DNA from: Octopus bimaculoides
Taxonomy: Eukaryota
NCBI RefSeq assembly: GCF_001194135.2
Contig: NC_068983.1
Span: 91,864,252-91,928,251, forward strand
DNA length: 64,000 nucleotides
Direction: 5' to 3'
Shown: positions 34,770 through 46,686 of the stretch, one piece after another
How positions within the stretch are numbered: the stretch's first letter is position 1
How the letters are laid out: each line of letters opens with the position of its first letter
Program-made: the position numbers and the translations under genes
Notes under the pieces: model-generated
Seen by the model: only the letters and a program-made list of their open reading frames with translations
The model's database searches: none
What the model was told of the DNA's origin: nothing

Positions 34770-36640
34770 GAGCACAATAAAAGTTAGATCTGGTGAGACT
34801 GTGGAAATGCTAAAGTGGAGATGAGGAGATGTTTGCTATGTGCAGGAGGTAAGATAGAAAGGATCCTCAACAAAACTTGTCATGGGCAAAAGGCAGATAC
34901 AAATTCGTTTGTGGGAGTAATAGAAATGGAGTAGGCATACTGTTAGCTGAGAAATGGACAGAAAAAGTAATTGAGACAGTTGGGGTATGTGGGAAGACAA
35001 TCAAGGTGAGACAAGTTATAGGCAACTCAACAACAACAGATATTTCAGCATATGCCCCAGAGGCAGGATTAAGAGATGGACCACTCCTATAAGGCCCTTC
35101 TGCAAACTTCCTTGATGATAATTGATAGTAACTTCATTATCATGGCTGGTAATTTCAATGGTCATGCTGGCCAACATGCCAATGGCTTCCATGACATACA
35201 AGAAAGCTATGGATATAGTGAGAGAAATGAGGAGGATGAGGAGTTCTGTGACGCAAAAATATCTAACTATTTGCACAACACACTTTAGGAAACCAGCCAA
35301 CTACCTCATCACCTACCAATCTGGCTTACACACAAATTGGATAGATTATGTTTCAACAAGAAAAGAAACAGAAGAGCTATTGTAAATACCAAAATCTGGT
35401 GAAGAATGCATTATACAACACAGATTAGTGGCTGGTGACTTCAGAGTAAGGGCTAGGCAGATGCAGAGATGAATGACAACATAGAAAAGGGAGGTAGAAT
35501 TAGATACTGTAGTATAGATGAAAACTGGGAATTTTACAAAATAACTTCCTCAAGACATAGCTGGAACAAACATAGCTGGAGCAAAGCCCCAACCAAAATG
35601 AAAGTATCATGGTAGTGCAACAATATGATTGATAGAACAGTAAAGGCTAAGAAACAGGTATGGAAACCCTGGTAGGAAGGTGGTAGTAGGGAGCATAGGG
35701 AAGTGGTTAGAGGAGCAGCTAGGTAACATATTTATATATTTGGCTAAGGGCAAGGCAGAGAGGAAGAGATATGAGCATGACTTGCAACATGAAACTTGGA
35801 GGTGTGATATGTTCAGAATTGTGAGATGGTACGTGAGAGAGAACTAAAATGTCATTGGTGAAAAGTGTATTTAGAATTATAAAGGCACACTCAGTGTCAA
35901 TATGGAAGACATGAAAGTAGCACAGAAGTGCTATTATGAGAACTTGTTGAACATGGAGAATGCATAGGGTAAAGAGGGGCTACCTTGTGCTGACCCTACA
36001 GAGGGACTGGCATTCCAAATTAGAAGCAGCATAGTAGATAAAACAATCAAGGACGTGACAAGAGGCAGAGCTGCAGATCCATCATGGATAATTGTAGAGA
36101 TGCTTAAAATATTTGGGGAGATAAGGTACAGCATTACCAACCAGATAGTAAATGAAGTTATATGAGGAGGAGTCATACCCAATGACTAGCATAGCAGTAT
36201 CATTGTACTCTGCTAAAAGATGCTTTAGAGAAATGCAGTCACAGAGAAAGTCACTGCACAATTAATTCATGACAGAACAGATCTAGATGAGATGCAGTCT
36301 GGTTTTATGCCTGGAAGAGGTACCATGGATGGAATCTTCATAGTGAGACAACTACGGGAGAAATACTTGGCTAAGAGTAAACAATTACTTCTAGCCTTTG
36401 ACAGAGAAGCACATATGGTAATCTGGTGGTCACTAAGGAAATCAGGAATTGAGAAATGGCTTGTGAAGTGAGTGTCAACAACTTCAGGGAGGAATTTAGC
36501 ATGAGTGGTTGAGTCCATCAAGGCTCAGTTTTCAGTCCCATCCTATTCACCATAATCCTACAGGTCATCACAATGGGGTTTAAGACTGACTCTCCATGGA
36601 AACGCCTATCTGCTAATAATCTAGTTATAATAGGTGAATC
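34770..36640 (+). mobile_element. RTE LINE (APE endonuclease + RT N-part), continued at 40636-41470
   Basis: NGVGILLAEKW, ISAYAPE, MAGNFNGHAG, TYQSG..IDYV, QHRLV; RT breaks at ...IIGES, at the Gypsy insertion. Confidence 0.85.
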
Positions 36641-37269
36641 TGCTATAGTGAAAATGGTACACTCCTTCCCACGTGACAAAGTAGTATGAACCAGACACTA
36701 TAAAGTCAGACAGTTAGTCATTGCAGGAGATCAGTAGTAGTAGTAGTAGTAGAGTCGTTGTATGAGTTCTCATTCAGAGTCAGTGTCAGTTATGTGATAT
36801 ATAAGAGTTCTAGTTACGTTCAAGGTAGATGTTTCAAAGTCATTGCCTTGAGGAGCTATCACGAATAGCATGATAGACGAATGAGTCAAAGATAATAAGA
36901 CATGGAATACTGTCACAACATAATAATGGTGACAAGAATATTACAGTGCTAATGACAACATACAAGTGGACGAGGATCCACATTATAACAGTGGCAACAA
37001 AGATATAAACAATTCACGCAGAAAATATTTAAGAAAAAACTTTTTTTCATGAGAAAATAAACAATTCATGTGGATGATGTTGAAAAACTTTCATGTGGAG
37101 AAATTAAAAACCCAACAGATGAGTAACAAACATTTTTATTGGATATATTTAAAAACAAAAATCCGTAAAATTATGGAAAATTTGTTACAGAGTTTAGTTG
37201 AGTTGCAAAAGAAGCAACAAAACAACTCAAAGAACAAGAACTACAACAAATGTTACAGCAACATAAGCT

Positions 37270-38015
37270 ACAACTAATGAAGTTGGTAACAAAACTGGAA
37301 AATACGTTTTCGCCAGACCATGTAGCAAATTCAATAAATGAATTTAAATATGACCTGGAAAAAGGAATCCCTTTCCAGGCATATTACTGAAGATTTGAAT
37401 AAATTTTTGAAAAAGAATGTCAAGACTGGATGGTTGAAATGAAAATGCATCTAATTCTGAGGAAACTGGTGATGATAGAGCATGAGAAATACTGTAATTT
37501 CATATTGCCTAAAAAAGTTTCTGACATAAATTTCATGGACAAAATTGACATTTTATGTAAGATGTTTAGTGAAAAAACATCATTGTTCAACACACATTGG
37601 AAGTGTTTGAACACTAGTAAAAGTGATGACGAAGACTTTACCACATATGTGAGTAGAGTGAATAGAGAGTGTGAGAGATTTAAACTGGATCAACTAACTC
37701 CGGTGTCATTCAAGTGCCTGATTTTTACTGAGGGACTAATTGCTAAAACGGACGCAGAAGTCAGAAGAGTGTGATATGATATTAAAAGTAAGGCAAGACA
37801 GAAGAAATCCAATGCAGAGATTGTTTACAGATAAAACAAGTGCAAAAATGGCAGAAGATGGATAAAGTGTTTCACAAAAAACATGATATATATCAGGAGA
37901 TAAACCCATGTATGGCATATTGTGGTAGGCACCTGAGAAAAAAGTGTCCATTCTAAAAAGCAAAGTGTTTTTGTTGTGGGAACACAGGACACATTAAATC
38001 ACACTGCAGAACTAA
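37270..38015 (+). pseudogene. gag: Gypsy gag with CCHC knuckle
   Basis: SINEFKYD, LRKL..EHEKYCNFILP, SLFNTHWKCL, VNRECERFKL, FKCLIFTEGL; CFCCGNTGHIKSHC near 37965-38010. Confidence 0.85.
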
Positions 38016-38099
38016 GATGATGAAAAATTAGACCAAACAAGAAAAAATAAATAGTTTGTCATCAGAGAAAAAGTTTGTACTACGAACAGAAAATTCATC

Positions 38100-39620
38100 A
38101 AGGTGAGAATTGAAACCATTAGTGTCAAAATGCAATTAGACATGAGTAGTGACATCACTATCATAAATGGAGAAACATGGCAACAAATCAGTAAGCCAAA
38201 ATTATTTAAATCAAATAAAGTAGCTGATAGTGTTACAGGAAAGAAATTATATTTCATCGGTGAATGTATTTGCAATGTAACTTTACAAGGTGAAATGAAA
38301 AGGTCAATCATTTATGTGTTGAAAAAAATTACTAAACCTATATGGCACAGAATGTATGGAGTTATTTGAAAAAAAATTATAGCCAAATTGAAAAAGAGGC
38401 ATTAGCAATTATAATTGGCACAAAAAAGTTCCACAGATAGATGGTTTAGACTACAAACAGATCGTTGCCCATTGCTAACAATTTATGGATCCAAGAAAGA
38501 AATCCCAGTACATACAGCAAACAGGTTGCAGCGTTGGGGCACCATACTACTAAACTACAACTACGCAATGGAATATTTACCTTCGAAAAAGCTAGGACAT
38601 GCTGATGGCTTATCTAGGTTAATACCCAGAAATGGTGAACCATCCGAGAATAGAGTAATAGCAGCCCTAAGAGCCAAAGGGGAAATTAAACACATAATGT
38701 GGAACATTGTATGAGAGTTACCAATAACTCTGGAGGAGATAAAGTGACACGCCTCAAAGACAAGTTCATTAATGAAGCAAAAAAAAAAAAAAAATTCTGT
38801 GGTCAGTGAAAGAAAACAAAAAATTTTGGTAAGAAAAAACAAGAGGTAAACATGTATTTAACATGTGATGGTGTACTGATGTATGGCCAAAGGGTAGTGA
38901 TACCTGAGACTCTACAAAAAGCAATTTTGAAAGGATTCCATGTTGGACATTCAGGAATTGCAAGGATAAAAGTGCTTATGTGTATTGACTGAACATGGAC
39001 AAGGAAGTTGAAAAGGTAGTAAAAGGCTGCAGAGGATGTGCTTTGGCAGCAAAATTGTCTACTCAAAACTGGGAACCTTGGCCAGAAGTAAAAAGTCCAT
39101 ACTCAAGACTACACATCGATTTTGCGAGCCAGTTAAATGGTTATTACTACTTAGTAGTAGTTGACAGTTTTACAAAATGGCTAGAAATTGTTGAGTGCAA
39201 AAGACCAACCTCTGTAACAGTAATAAATTTTTGCATGAATTATTCATAAGATTTGGCAATCCAGACGTGATTGTGTCTGATAATGGAACACAATTTGTGT
39301 CCAGTGAATTTAGAAAATTCTGCGAAATGTTCACGGTAGAACATAAAACGACAGTGCCTTACATCCCAGATCAAATGGACAGGCAGAATGTTTTGTGGAC
39401 ATTTTTAAAAGAGCTTTGAGAAAAGCAAACAAGGAAGCCACAGACGAAGTCACTCTGCAGCAATTCCTAAGGGTATACAGGGTGACATTGAACCCAGCAA
39501 GAAGCTCACAAGCTGAACTGATGTTTGTGAGAAAGTGAAAAAAAGTTTTTGATAAACTGTTATCTGGTGAGGAAAGAAAAAGTACCAGGAAAGACAATCC
39601 AAAATTTTTCAAAATTGGTG
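38100..39620 (+). pseudogene. pol: Gypsy pol remnant: protease, RNase H C-part, integrase (no RT)
   Basis: MQLDMSSDITII; YSQIEKEALAI, RLQRWGTILLNYNY, GHADGLSRL; GHSGIARIK, CRGC, RLHIDFA, VVVDSFTKW, VSDNGTQF, PRSNGQAE. Confidence 0.88.
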
Positions 39621-40635
39621 GGTCGTATAAAAATGGAAAACAATGCTGAGATGAAGGTAAAATTACTAAGTACATAGGAAAAATGATGTATGGAATTAAA
39701 AGCAGAAAAGGTATCAAAAAAGACACAGAAACAAATTGAAGAAGAGATTCATAGAAAATGAACCAGACAGATTGGAAGAATATATTGAATGGCTGATTGA
39801 CACATTCCAGGTACCAACACTGTTACAGGTGCCTGAACCCACATGTGCAAGTGGAAGAAAAAGGAAGAACACAGAGTTCCTACAGATAGATGCCAAAAAG
39901 AAAAATATTAAATAAAGTAAAATAAAATTACCTGCTTCTCAAAGAAAACAAAACAAAAAAAAACTAAAAGGGGAGATGTAGTGAAAATGATACACTCCTT
40001 CCCACGTAGCAAAGGGTATACAGGGTGACACTGAACCCCAATACACCAGTAGGAAGCTAACCAGCTAAACTGATGTTTGCGAGAAAGGTGAAATAAATGT
40101 TTGATAAACTGTTATCTGGTGAGGAAAGAAAAAGTATCAGGAAAGACAGTCCAAAATTTTTCAAAATTGGTGATAAGGTGTACATGAGGGTCACATAAAA
40201 AACAGAAAACGATACTGGGAAGGAGGTAAAATTACAAAGTACATAGGAAATATGATGTGTGGAATTAAAAGCAGAAAAGGTTTCGAAAAAGACAGAAACA
40301 AATTGAAGAAGAGATTCATAGAACCAGACAGATTGGAAGAACATATGGAATGGTTGTATGACGCATTCCACTATAAAGTCAGTCAGTCAGTTGCTGTGGG
40401 AGGTCAGTAGTAGTAGAGTTGTATGAATTCTCAGTTGGAGTCAGTGTCAGTTACATGATATATACGAGTATGAGTTACCATTAAGGTAGACATTTCAAAG
40501 TTGTCTTGTGGAGCTGTCATGATGGACAAGTCAAAGATAAAAAGATGTGGAATACCGCCACAACATAATAGTGGCGACAAGAATATTACAGTGCTGATGA
40601 CAACATACAAGTGGATGAAGATCCACATTATAACA

Positions 40636-41470
40636 GAATCTATATAGGAATTAGAGAAGAAATTCTGGGCATGGAAGCTAAACTTAGAATCAAAAAGTCT
40701 TAAGATAAACTTAGTAAAGAAAGGTTTTAGTAAGTAGTAAAGACAGGACACAAGTACCTTCAGGGTACCTAATGTAAGCTATGGACATACAGGAGATGTA
40801 GAGGAAGTACAGGTAGACTAGCAGAGAATGTAAGCTTCACATGTGATAGATGCACTGAAGCAGTACATTCTATGAACACATCAGAAATAGATACCCTTGA
40901 ATACCTGACTGGTTCTCTAGATGTAGAAGACGGCTTTTGCTATTTTGGAGATGTCACCAGCAAGAGAAGTGGTTGCTCCAAAAGTATAGCAGGTAGTGTA
41001 AAGAACAGGCTGGAGGAAGTTCAGGGAGAACTATCACTGCTGGTAACAAGAGTCTTTCTACAAAAAGTGCAGGGCAAACTGTATCATGCTTGTGTTAGAA
41101 CTGCAATACTGCATGGAGGTAAGACATGGGTTTTGAAAGTAGAGGACATGAAAAGACTGGAAAGAAATGAAGTGAGAATGCTCCATTGGATGTGTAATCT
41201 AAGTGTGCATGAATGACATACTATGAACATGCTGAGAAAAACTGGGCATAAGAGGAAGCAGACGTAGTGTGCAAGAAAGAAGACTGTGCTAGTATGGACA
41301 TGTGATGTGTATGGATGAGACAGTTGTATAAAGAAATGCTGATCACAAAGCATGGCTGGAGCTTGTGGATGAAGGAAATCCAGAAAGATATAGGACAAAG
41401 TGGTGAAGGCTGCCTTCAGGATTCTGAGCCTCACAAAGAACACATGGTTCTTGAGAAGACACAATGAGAC
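40636..41470 (+). mobile_element. RTE LINE 3' half (continuation of 34770-36640)
   Basis: ESI*ELEKKFWAWK..; GKLYHACVRTAILHGGKTW..LERNEVRMLHWMCN. Confidence 0.85.
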
Positions 41471-42139
41471 TAACTTCTGGAAGCACTGTGAGTGTAAATA
41501 TGTGTGTGTGCATAAATGGGCATCTCATTTAATCAATCTCCTTCTCACATCATCCCCACTACATCTCTCCCATTGCAGCTCTGTCTCCCACTCCTGATAC
41601 TACTTTTCTTTCTTGCTATCAAAACCATTTCACTTGTTAGCCATTCTTCATCCATTAATATTGTTCTCTACACCCACAGGTTACATTGGTAGTCCCCCTC
41701 CCCCAACTGAACCACTAATTTTCTTTCTTCATATACTATACCTGTCTCTCTCTCTTTCTCCCCTCTCATGCAGCTTACCCAGCAACATGCGATCGCTCCA
41801 TTTTTCTCCTCCTGTCAACTGTATCATCATTATCATGTTGCTGCTCTTTCCTACTCTCTTCTTGCAAGGAAGAGCAGCTTTTTACCTTCCCTAAAAATGA
41901 TGATGTTTTATGTTTCTTTTTTTCAGGAAATAATCAGCAGAGTTAGATAGCTTAAAGTTGTAGTTGAAAAAAAGCTAGCATTGAGGGTTGGAAGCCATCT
42001 GAATATTGGAAAATAGTTATCTGTATTATGATGATTCCTGCTGAGTATCAATATGCTAACAGTATAACTACTACTCAATGCTTTGTGACTACTGTAAAGG
42101 TAGTAAAATGATATGGACATCATGAAAACCAAGTTCACC

Positions 42140-42600
42140 CAAAGACCATTGCAGTTTGGGTGAACTTGGTCTTTCCAGGGAGGGTGACCAGGCCTTAGAC
42201 TCAGTTCAGATGGCTATGTGAAGCTGCTGCAGACCATGGTCAATTCCTGAGTGGAGAGGATTGCTGTTGGAAGGTCAAATATGTGGCGGCAGTATTCAGC
42301 TCCTTGTCATGCCTCTGGACAGAAGCAAGTGGTTGTTGGAGAATTTCTATGACTTTCTTAGTCCCAATTTCTGGCCTCCTAATTCCCGATTGTAATCTCA
42401 TAGATGACTATGTGTGGGGCATGGTCAAGAAAGACAACAACTGTTCCGCCAGCAACACCAAGGTCAAGCAGGTCTCCAAGATCAAAGAGGTGAGGTGTTC
42501 AAAGATTTCCCACAGACAGTGAGGAACACATGCGTCAGGTTCTAGAGCCATCTTGAGGCCGTGGTAGGAACTGAGGGTGAAACTGCTATCTCCAAAAAGT
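42140..42600 (+). mobile_element. maT/DD37D-like transposase fragment
   Basis: SDGYVKLL, frameshifted (W)QQYSAPCHAS, WLLENFYDF..NFWPPNS PDCNLIDDYVWGMV. Confidence 0.65.
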
Positions 42601-42619
42601 GGTAAATTTTGTATTTTCG

Positions 42620-42658
<39 letters not shown>

Positions 42659-42912
42659 TTGTATTATGAATTCAGAATTGATTTCCCAATTAAAGAATAA
42701 ATTGTATTCCAATTGAAGAATCAAACGAATTTAGAAAAACAAATTTCGATACAACATATTTTGCTTTTTTTTTTCCCAATATATAAGGAACACTTTCATT
42801 CCTGGGTAATGCCTGGCACCTCTGTTAGTACTATATATATATTTAGAGAGAGAGAAAGTTATTATATGTATATATAGAGAGAGTTATAGCTCCGTTGATT
42901 AGGAATAGAATT

Positions 42913-43637
42913 AAACTAGATGTGAGACAGCTGCAGGAAAAGTATTTGGCCAAAAGTAAGCCATTGTAACTGGCTTTTGTCAGCCTGGAGAAAGGAAGTT
43001 AGGAGTAGCCTGGTCTCTAAGGAAGTTAGGAGTAGATGAGTAGCTTGTTAGAGTAATGAATTAAGATTTCACAAGTTGGGGTTCACCAGGACTCAGCCCA
43101 CTCTTATTCATCATAGCCCTCCAGAGCATAACAGAGGAATTCAAAACTGAATGCCCATGGAAACTACTATATGCTGATGACCTCGCTCTTATAGCAGAAT
43201 TGAAGAAGAAATTCCAGGTATGGAAGCAAAACCTGGAATCAAAGGGCCTTAAAGTTAACATAGTGAAGACAAAAGTTGTTAGCAAAAAAGAAGGTAAGTC
43301 TCTTGCCATCCAAGAAATAGCCCTTTTCAATATGTAGAAAATGGGTTGGAAGTAATTCCATTAGCTGCACTCAGTGTAAGCTATGCTCACATATGAAGAA
43401 ATCTTCATATGTGGCAGATATGCAGGAACAATAAGCAATAAGGACGCATGGGAATTAGACTCCCTCAAATGCGTAGAAGGCTCTCTTGAGGTTGTAGATA
43501 GTTTCAGATACCTAGGTGAAAAATTAGCAATGGTGGAGGATGTTCTGAAAGTATTGTTTCTAGAATAGGATGGAAGATGTTCAGAGAGCTATTACCTCTG
43601 TTGGCAACAAAAGTACTCTCTCTCAGTGTGAAAGGTA
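42913..43637 (+). mobile_element. RTE LINE fragment with deletions
   Basis: HQDSAHSYS region, CPWKLLYADDLALIAEL, SLEVVDSFRYLG. Confidence 0.8.
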
Positions 43638-43930
43638 TTGGGTCATCCCATAAATAAAGTGGTTTTTTATACTTCTTTTATTTTTCAAAATTAAGATAAA
43701 CAAAGTTCTCTTTTAATCTAAAATATACTCTCCTTCATTTTCTACAATGCTCTTTCATCTATGTGGTAGACTTGCAAGGTGCCTCTTCCAAAATTCTCTT
43801 GTACACAATGAAAAATATTCCTTCAGTACTGTTCTGACCTCATCTACAGAATTTATGTTCTTTTTCGTCCAAATGATTTTGAAGATTGTGGAATAAATAA
43901 TCAGATGGGGTAATGTCAAAAATCTAATCA
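43638..43930 (-). mobile_element. mariner 3' fragment
   Basis: Terminus TA-TTGGGTCATCCCATAAAT; minus strand DITPSDY..NLQNHLD, FWKRHLASLPHRWKSIVENEGEY. Confidence 0.75.
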
Positions 43931-43954
43931 ACAGCATAAACAATAATATTAACT

Positions 43955-44865
43955 TTACCATGGAATACAGTAAAACTCAACTACCATTCCTGGATATATT
44001 AATAATCAAAAGAGATAAAAACATTGAAAAAGATATTCACTACAAACAAACAGATTCTAAACAATACTTACTGTATCTCCTCATGCTGTCCCCAAAACAC
44101 AAACAATAATATTACCTTTAATCTAGCAATCATTTTAAACCTTGAAATTCACATAAAAGAACTAAAAGAAACACTATTTAAAAAACAATATCCATTAACA
44201 TTAATAGACAATGGAATAGATCATATCAAAGCAATAAATATCCAAGAACTACGAAAAACACTCCAGATACATCGAATACTGTACCCTTTATAACAACACA
44301 CAACCCAAGAAACATGGAGGTTTACAATATTATCCACCAGAACATCCCACTACTAAAATAAGACCCAAGAATGAAACAAGCATTCGAAATACACAACATA
44401 ACATGAAAGACAATCAAAGTCCCACAAGAAATTCTTCACAAGTGCTAAATTACCTTCTACAATTCCTACACCAATAGTCAAAAAGTGTGGCTGCCCCAAT
44501 TGTGGGACCTACATCAACCTTATTGAAGACACAACATGCAAATTCAAATCAGGACAGATTTTTACTGTAAAAAATCACTTTATATGTTCTTCAAGGAATT
44601 TAATATATGCTATCAAATGTGAAAGATGTAATGAAGATTACACTGGTCAAACAAAGCTAACTCTAAGAAATAGACTGACCATTCACCGACAACAAATTAC
44701 GAGACCCCAGTACTAGACAGATTCCACTGAGTGCAAAAAATAAGTCCCCCAAGTTCCAGGTCTTCCCACTGTACCTATGTTCAGCGAATACCACAGATGA
44801 AGCATAGATAAACAAAGAAAAAACTTTCATACAAAAGTACAAATCAAGACTTAGCAAACTTTAAC
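43955..44865 (+). mobile_element. PLE fragment (thumb + GIY-YIG), Poseidon-type
   Basis: FTMEYSKTQLPFLDILI, HYKQTDSKQYL, KQYPLTLIDNGI; FICSSRNLIYAIKCERCNEDYTGQT..LRNRLTIHRQQI. Confidence 0.82.
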
Positions 44866-45851
44866 AGAATACATACACAAATAACTAGTCACACAAAACT
44901 CATTCTGCCACTTATCATGAGGAAGCTACACAGCTAATAACCTAGACTTTAGCCACTGCACTACATACAAACGACTTCTGTCCACTCTCCCACCAGACAG
45001 ATTAAATTTGGAGTGCCTTGATTATAACTAGTATCAAGTCACTTGATACTAACACATGGACGTAGCAGGGAACCTACAAAAATTTCTAAGACCAGTCATG
45101 TGACTATCCTCTATCAATCAGATCCTATTCAAAACATATACTGATTTGAGCCATAAACTCCCTATAGGGCAAGCTTCAAACGCTGGTCAGAAGCAAGACG
45201 GCTGCGACATAAACCATGTCTTTCTATTTGAACATTTTGAAAATCAGTGTAAACTGTGAAACTTGTTAAAGCTTTAAATATATTAATAAAAAAATATTTT
45301 AATTATTCTCAGTGCATTTTCAACTTCTATTTTTCCTATATATAATATATATATATATGACTAACTTAAAAGCCGCCTTATCAGGCGACTTTTAAGCTAG
45401 TATGTAGCTTTAAAGCAAATAACCCTAAATGGGAAGATATGCAAACAGATCTTGGACTTGTTTTGGAGAATTTTTTGCAATTGCTTTCTCCAGAGTCCTA
45501 TCTCAATGATGATCATATTTGTCGCTAAAAATTATGTCAAAAAAAATTCCCGAAAACAATCGCAGTAATGAAAACATAGGAATCCAAAACTTCAGTATTG
45601 CAGGTTCAGATTCGGCCTGGAATGTTTTTAATTTACTCACAGAGTCAGCCCGATTCCAAATTGGTATGATATGTTGGGCCTACAGCCTCTAGGAGTAAAG
45701 TTTAAAAAGTGTGACACACTGATATTAACATTTATTATGAGATATGTTTAATTTTGGGGGAAACTGTATTTCGATTAAAGTGTATTTTTTATGTGTGTGT
45801 GTGTGTGTGTGTATGTACAGACACACACAAACACACATATATTTATATATG

Positions 45852-46686
45852 CAGTCAAATTCTCATTTAACAAAAACCACACAAAGGCTAAGAAATCATT
45901 TACATTAAATGAATTTAATGAAAATTTTAAAATATAGTACAGAATAATGTATTGCTTGTTGAAATACCACACATTTATTTCTTTGACTTAAACTATAGTT
46001 ATAGTTTTAAAAGGAATATGATAAAAAATTTAATAATTTTTTTCTAAAAAAATCAGTTATCTTGATTGACTTTTTTTTTTCATTTCGAATAAAATTCTCA
46101 AGACAGCAACTTGTTTCACCTCTTTTCCATTTTCCTGTAAGAAAAATTTTAGCTGTTCAAGATGATAAACTGCATTGGAAAAACCGATTTTTTCACTTTC
46201 CTTTGTTTGATTTTCTGATTCATCAAAAATTTCGAGCTCGTTATTGATAACAATGTTCTCTATGAAAATTTCATCATGTAGATTATTGTCAACGTAGACG
46301 AGTAGATTTAAATTATCACAGAATGCTATTTCTTCTTCATCAATTTCGATTGAATTTTCCCTAACATCCATGTTTCTGGCTGGCATTTCAGTACTTTTAT
46401 TTGTTCCTTCCCAATTTTTGAAGGCATGATTAAAGCAATTTTTTATTGTAATGACCGAAACGGGAAGAGGATTGAATAACTTGAATTTCTTAATCTGATC
46501 AATGAAATTGATATCTTCCTCATTTATCATACTTAAATTCCTTAAGAAAATCTTTTGATCAATAGGCTGTATTTTTGAAGTGCAATTCACCTGCAAATAA
46601 TGTAGTTCTATATTGCTCAAATTGATATCAATGTAATGAATGGCGGCATTGTCGAGCAAAATAAGTATTTTCCTATAATCTGTCAC
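45852..46686 (-). mobile_element. pogo/Tigger-like transposon 3' part
   Basis: KILILLDNAAIH..LSNIELHYLQVNCTSKIQPIDQ (DDE_1-like), acidic tail; terminus-like CAGTCAAATTCTCATTTAAC at 45852. Confidence 0.78.

Larger units (their letters stand above)
36641..40635 (+). mobile_element. Gypsy LTR retrotransposon, RT-deleted; LTRs 36641-36990 and ~39974-40635; TSD GAATC
   Basis: GAATC at 36636-36640 and 40636-40640; LTRs end in CATTATAACA; PPT AAAAGGGG 39966-39973; PBS-like TGGCAAC at 36992; host RTE reading resumes after the 3' TSD. Confidence 0.92.

Noticed and set aside
36915-37002. CRISPR-like repeat-spacer periodicity
   Set aside because: Eukaryotic context, units too short and degenerate, no cas genes; explained as LTR-end/PBS units. 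No CRISPR array, tRNA or rRNA gene was found in the window (tRNA-like boxes are SINE heads).
44905-45200. Small hairpins after the PLE that resemble ribozyme relics
   Set aside because: Core nucleotides are too degraded to support a call.
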